A DNA stretch of 64,000 nucleotides from Acidobacteriota bacterium (GTDB taxonomy: Bacteria > Acidobacteriota > Aminicenantia > Aminicenantales > Saccharicenantaceae): assembly GCA_028749115.1 (NCBI GenBank), contig JAQURD010000008.1, forward strand, positions 1,218 through 65,217. Reading direction: 5' to 3'. Positions 60,295 to 64,000 of this stretch are shown in pieces. The notes beneath the pieces are model-generated. The model saw nothing but the letters and a program-made list of their open reading frames with translations, was not told where the DNA came from and made no database searches. How positions within the stretch are numbered: the stretch's first letter is position 1; each line of letters opens with the position of its first letter. A program made the position numbers and the translations under genes.

Positions 60295-61752
60295 ATGAAA
60301 AAATTTTTACCGGCTAATTTTGAACACAGAAAGCTATTTGTCCGCCTTTTTGGCCGGGATATCTATGTGGTTGGCGGCCTGGTGCGTGATCTTTTGCTTA
60401 ACCGGCCTGTCCATGAAGTCGATCTCCTTATTCAGGGGCACCCCTTAGATGAAATTATTAAAAAGCTCGAACCTTATGGGCGGGTTAATCTGGTTGGCAG
60501 GAGTTTTGGCGTTATCAAGTTTACCATTGATGGCCTGACCTACGACCTGGCTCTTCCCCGCAAGGACCGGCCAGCGGGAGGAGGTAAAGCAACCCATCGC
60601 CGTCATAAGGATTTTCTGATCGAAGCCGATCCTTCTCTGCCTCTAGAAAAAGATCTGGAAAGGCGTGATTTCCGTTGTAATAGCCTGGCCCTCCGGCTGG
60701 CTGACGGGAAAATTATCGATCCTTTTAATGGTCAGGCTGATATTGAGCAGAAGATTATCCGGCTGACCAATCCCCACTCTTTCCCTGATGATCCGCTGCG
60801 GGTTTTAAGAGCTGCCAGATTTGCTTCTGTTCTTGAGTTTGAAGTTGATTCTGAAATTTACCTGGCAGCCAAAGAAATTGATTTGACAGGACTGAGTGTC
60901 GAGAGAGTTAATGAAGAATTGTTTAAAATACTGCTTTTTTCGCCTCGCCCGTCTCGCGGCCTGCAGGAAATGCTTAAGCTAACGGTCATCAGACAGCTTT
61001 TCCCCGAACTTGACCGTTGTAGCCTGGCTATTCAGGACTCATATTTTCATCCGGAAAAGGATGAAGCCGGACATCATACAGTCTGGGCTCACCTTTTGCT
61101 GTCTGTCGATCAGGCCAGAGCCATCAGCCGCCTGGCCGGTTTAGAAACCACCAGGGAGTTAGCCCTGCTGCTGGCTAGCCTCTATCATGATAGTGGGAAA
61201 CCGGCGACAGCCCACTGGGAATATAAAAAAGACAGATTGGTCATTACCAATAATGGCCATGATATTTTAAGTGAAAAAATAGCCAGAAGCTTTTTTTCTC
61301 GTCAAAAAATATTTTCCTGGAATGGTTTCGACCTCCAGGCCATTGTCCCGATGATTATCCGCCATCATCACCAGGCGTCAGAATTATGGCATAACCGGGC
61401 CAGCGTCACCAAAAAGGCTTTTAACCGCCTGGCTGCCAGGGTAAAAGGAGAAATTGACCTGTTAATTTATCTCGATGCCGCCGATCGTGCCGGCCGGAAA
61501 AAAAGGCTGATAACAGAACTTGACCGGCAGGCTATCTGGTTGTTTAAGAAATTTAAGGAACTGAAAATAAATAAGGAAACCATTGTGCCCCTGATAATGG
61601 GCCGCCATCTGATGAAACTTGGAGTAGCTCCCGGACCGGGTATGGGCCAGCTTCTCAAGAAACTCTATGGTTATCAGCTTGATAACCGTTTTGAAACCAG
61701 AGCAGAAGGCCTGAAACTGGCCAGAAAATTAATAGAGGAGAAGAAGTCATGA
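60295..61752 (+). CDS. cca: tRNA nucleotidyltransferase (CCA-adding/poly(A) polymerase family) with HD domain
   Basis: VGGLVRD, RRDF, DDPLRVLRAARF, LYHDSGK. Confidence 0.88.
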   Translation: MKKFLPANFEHRKLFVRLFGRDIYVVGGLVRDLLLNRPVHEVDLLIQGHPLDEIIKKLEPYGRVNLVGRSFGVIKFTIDGLTYDLALPRKDRPAGGGKATHRRHKDFLIEADPSLPLEKDLERRDFRCNSLALRLADGKIIDPFNGQADIEQKIIRLTNPHSFPDDPLRVLRAARFASVLEFEVDSEIYLAAKEIDLTGLSVERVNEELFKILLFSPRPSRGLQEMLKLTVIRQLFPELDRCSLAIQDSYFHPEKDEAGHHTVWAHLLLSVDQARAISRLAGLETTRELALLLASLYHDSGKPATAHWEYKKDRLVITNNGHDILSEKIARSFFSRQKIFSWNGFDLQAIVPMIIRHHHQASELWHNRASVTKKAFNRLAARVKGEIDLLIYLDAADRAGRKKRLITELDRQAIWLFKKFKELKINKETIVPLIMGRHLMKLGVAPGPGMGQLLKKLYGYQLDNRFETRAEGLKLARKLIEEKKS

Positions 61753-62717
61753 GAGTTCTGGTAACCGGAGGAGCCGGTTATATCGGCTCTCATACGGTTA
61801 AAGAGCTCCTCAAAAAAGGCGAGGAAGTAATAGTTTTTGATAATTTTAGTTCTGGCCGGAAAGAACTGATCTGTGGCGGTGAAGTCATTAGAGGGGACCT
61901 CCAGTCAAAAGAAGAAATCAAGCAGGTCTTAAAGGAATACCGGCCGGAAGCGGTTTTGCACTTTGCCTCCTTAATTCAGGTAGCTGAATCATATACCGAT
62001 CCAGCCAGATATTATTATCATAACCTCCTGACATCACTTAACCTTCTCAATTCTATGGTGGAGCTGGGCATAAAGTTTTTCATCTTTTCTTCGAGTGCCG
62101 CCGTTTATGGCCTTCCCCATGAAACACCTATTACTGAAGATCATCCGCTCCAGCCAATTAATCCTTATGGAGCCACTAAATTCATGGTGGAGAGGATGCT
62201 CCAGGACTATGACCGCGCTTATGGCCTGAGATATATTTCGCTGCGCTATTTTAATGCAGCCGGAGCCGATCCTGATGGTCAGTTGGGTGAATGCCATCAG
62301 CCAGAAACCCATTTAATTCCCAGCCTGCTTCTCCACCTGTTGGGTAAAAAGGAAGACTTTATGATTTGCGGCCGTGATTTTCCCACGCCGGACGGAACAG
62401 CCATCAGAGATTATGTTCATGTGACCGATCTGGCTGATGCTCATGTCCTGGCCCTCGACAGGCTTCTGACCGGAACTGGCAGTCAGATTCTTAATCTTGG
62501 CTCGAGCCGTGGTTACTCTGTGCTTGAAGTCATAAAAGAAACCGAAAGAGTAACCGGCCGGGCCCGGCCGTTTAAGTTTGGGCCGAAAAGGGAAGGAGAT
62601 GTACCAGTTCTCCTGGCCTCAAGCGAAAAGGCCGAAAACTACCTCGGCTGGAAAAGAAAATATTCAGATCTAACAACCATCATCAACACGGCCTGGGAGT
62701 GGCACCTGACCCACTGA
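61749..62717 (+). CDS. galE: UDP-glucose 4-epimerase
   Basis: TGGAGYIGSH, SSSAAVYG, PYGATK, LRYFNAAGA. Confidence 0.96.
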   Translation: MRVLVTGGAGYIGSHTVKELLKKGEEVIVFDNFSSGRKELICGGEVIRGDLQSKEEIKQVLKEYRPEAVLHFASLIQVAESYTDPARYYYHNLLTSLNLLNSMVELGIKFFIFSSSAAVYGLPHETPITEDHPLQPINPYGATKFMVERMLQDYDRAYGLRYISLRYFNAAGADPDGQLGECHQPETHLIPSLLLHLLGKKEDFMICGRDFPTPDGTAIRDYVHVTDLADAHVLALDRLLTGTGSQILNLGSSRGYSVLEVIKETERVTGRARPFKFGPKREGDVPVLLASSEKAENYLGWKRKYSDLTTIINTAWEWHLTH

Positions 62718-62809
62718 GGAGCCAGAGGCAGCTTAGCCTGGTGTTGATTTAAAAGCAGTTTTGATGTTATAAATTTGGTGTTATAAATTTATCTAAGAGA
62801 GTAGTTGAT

Positions 62810-64000
62810 ATGACAGTTAACAAATCAATTATAAGAATTATTTGCCTGGCCATTATAATTTCGATAGGAGCAGGATGTTCTTCTCACCCAAACCAGGCCA
62901 CTAAGGTTAGACAGGTTCCGGCCGCGGGCAGGTCAAATCCAGAGAAGGCTGCAGACAACCCTGACAGGCCACTGCTAGCAGAAAAAGATCAGAGCCTCGT
63001 AGCTGCCGAGACAGCTACTTCTTCTATCGCTGACCTTCAATCTGAAGCAGCCACCACCGGGGCAGAATCTCCAGAAGCTGGATCGACTGTGGAGGAAGTA
63101 TATGCCCTCTATCAGGAAGCTCAGGCAGAGCTGGAAAAAGGGCAGCTCGACCAGGCTCTGGACTGGCTCGATAAAGCCTATGCCGCTCTGCTAAAAATTG
63201 ATGCTTCTCCTGATTCCCCGCTGGTTCAAGAAAAAAACGATCTGAGAATATTGTTGGTTCAGAAAATTCAGCAGGTTTATGCTTTCCGGCTTATGCCGCC
63301 CGGAAGCAATCACAAAACAATTCCTCTGGTAGAAAATAACTGGGTACTGGCAGAAATTAAATCCTTCCAGACGGCAGAAAAGAGATTTTTTGAAGAGGCC
63401 TACACAAGATCAGGCCTTTACCGTCTGATGATTATAGAAGAACTTAAGAAAGCGGGTTTGCCGGAAGAACTTTCCTGGATGCCTCTTATAGAAAGCAGTT
63501 ATAAACCAAGAGCACTGTCAAGGGCCAGAGCCCTCGGCTTATGGCAGTTTATCGCTTCCACCGGCTATAGATATGGACTCAAGAGAGATAAATACATTGA
63601 TGAAAGAATGGATCCGGTTAAATCTACCAGAGCAGCTATTAGATATCTTAGCGAGCTGCATGATTTCTTCGGTGACTGGTCAACAGCTATCGCCGCTTAT
63701 AACTGCGGAGAGGTAAGAGTTCAGAGTGTAATCCGCCAGCAAAAAATTGATTACCTTGATAATTTCTGGGATCTGTTTTCTAATCTGCCCTATGAGACAG
63801 CCCGTTATGTACCACGATTTATTGCTACTCTGCTGATCATAGAAAACCCTGAGAAATATGGTTTTAACCTGCCTCCTGTTTATCCCGCCTTATCGTTCGA
63901 AACCGTCAGCCTGACCAAACCCATCAAACTTTCAGTCCTGGCTTCAAGCCTTGGCTTGCAGGCTGATATTCTAAGCCAGCTTAATCCGGAACTAAGGTAT
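62810..64000 (+). CDS. Partial (runs off window end) MltD-like lytic transglycosylase lipoprotein
   Basis: Manual translation: lipobox GAGC; LPEELSWMPLIESSY, ALGLWQFI, DERMDP, AAYNCGE. Confidence 0.9.
   Translation, partial: MTVNKSIIRIICLAIIISIGAGCSSHPNQATKVRQVPAAGRSNPEKAADNPDRPLLAEKDQSLVAAETATSSIADLQSEAATTGAESPEAGSTVEEVYALYQEAQAELEKGQLDQALDWLDKAYAALLKIDASPDSPLVQEKNDLRILLVQKIQQVYAFRLMPPGSNHKTIPLVENNWVLAEIKSFQTAEKRFFEEAYTRSGLYRLMIIEELKKAGLPEELSWMPLIESSYKPRALSRARALGLWQFIASTGYRYGLKRDKYIDERMDPVKSTRAAIRYLSELHDFFGDWSTAIAAYNCGEVRVQSVIRQQKIDYLDNFWDLFSNLPYETARYVPRFIATLLIIENPEKYGFNLPPVYPALSFETVSLTKPIKLSVLASSLGLQADILSQLNPELRY

Noticed and set aside
1-64000. Numerous antisense or nested ORFs in the track (e.g. 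221-688, 8682-9293, 14322-14942, 46423-47124)
   Set aside because: They are shadow frames of well-supported genes on the other strand or frame. No tRNA, rRNA or CRISPR pattern was found either.

Overview
64 kb of a bacterial chromosome, mostly core and metabolic genes. Gene content and sequence style suggest an anaerobic, peptide- and sugar-fermenting diderm such as Aminicenantes/OP8; this is an inference only. I found no rRNA, tRNA, CRISPR array or intact mobile element. Housekeeping genes: yebC-ruvCAB-queA, larC-folE-metG, tsaC, CCA-adding enzyme-galE, folD, dgt, rmuC, yggS, tkt, copA, mtnP. Metabolic genes: iorAB with a domain-swapped ADP-forming acyl-CoA ligase, an Rrf2-resB-ccsA cytochrome c maturation operon, and trpB2 convergent with tnaA. 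Features missing from the ORF track: a large Alu-containing SRP RNA (6574-6847, -); a 30-aa Trp-rich leader peptide (47930-48022, ...SWFWWAD*) between a consensus sigma70 promoter and trpB2, with a hairpin over the Trp codons but no classical terminator; an internally deleted IS with doubled inverted end repeats (47361-47882); an unassigned structured GC-rich element (19121-19289); a 34-aa membrane micro-ORF after copA; and two partial genes at the window edges (a heme-motif outer-membrane protein and an MltD-like transglycosylase). Other points of interest are a 5-heme ExtKL-like cytochrome with no Sec codon, a Cys-rich secreted peptide/beta-propeller/CxxC locus that looks partly deleted, and homopolymer-associated frameshifts. 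All family assignments come from motif recognition, not database searches.
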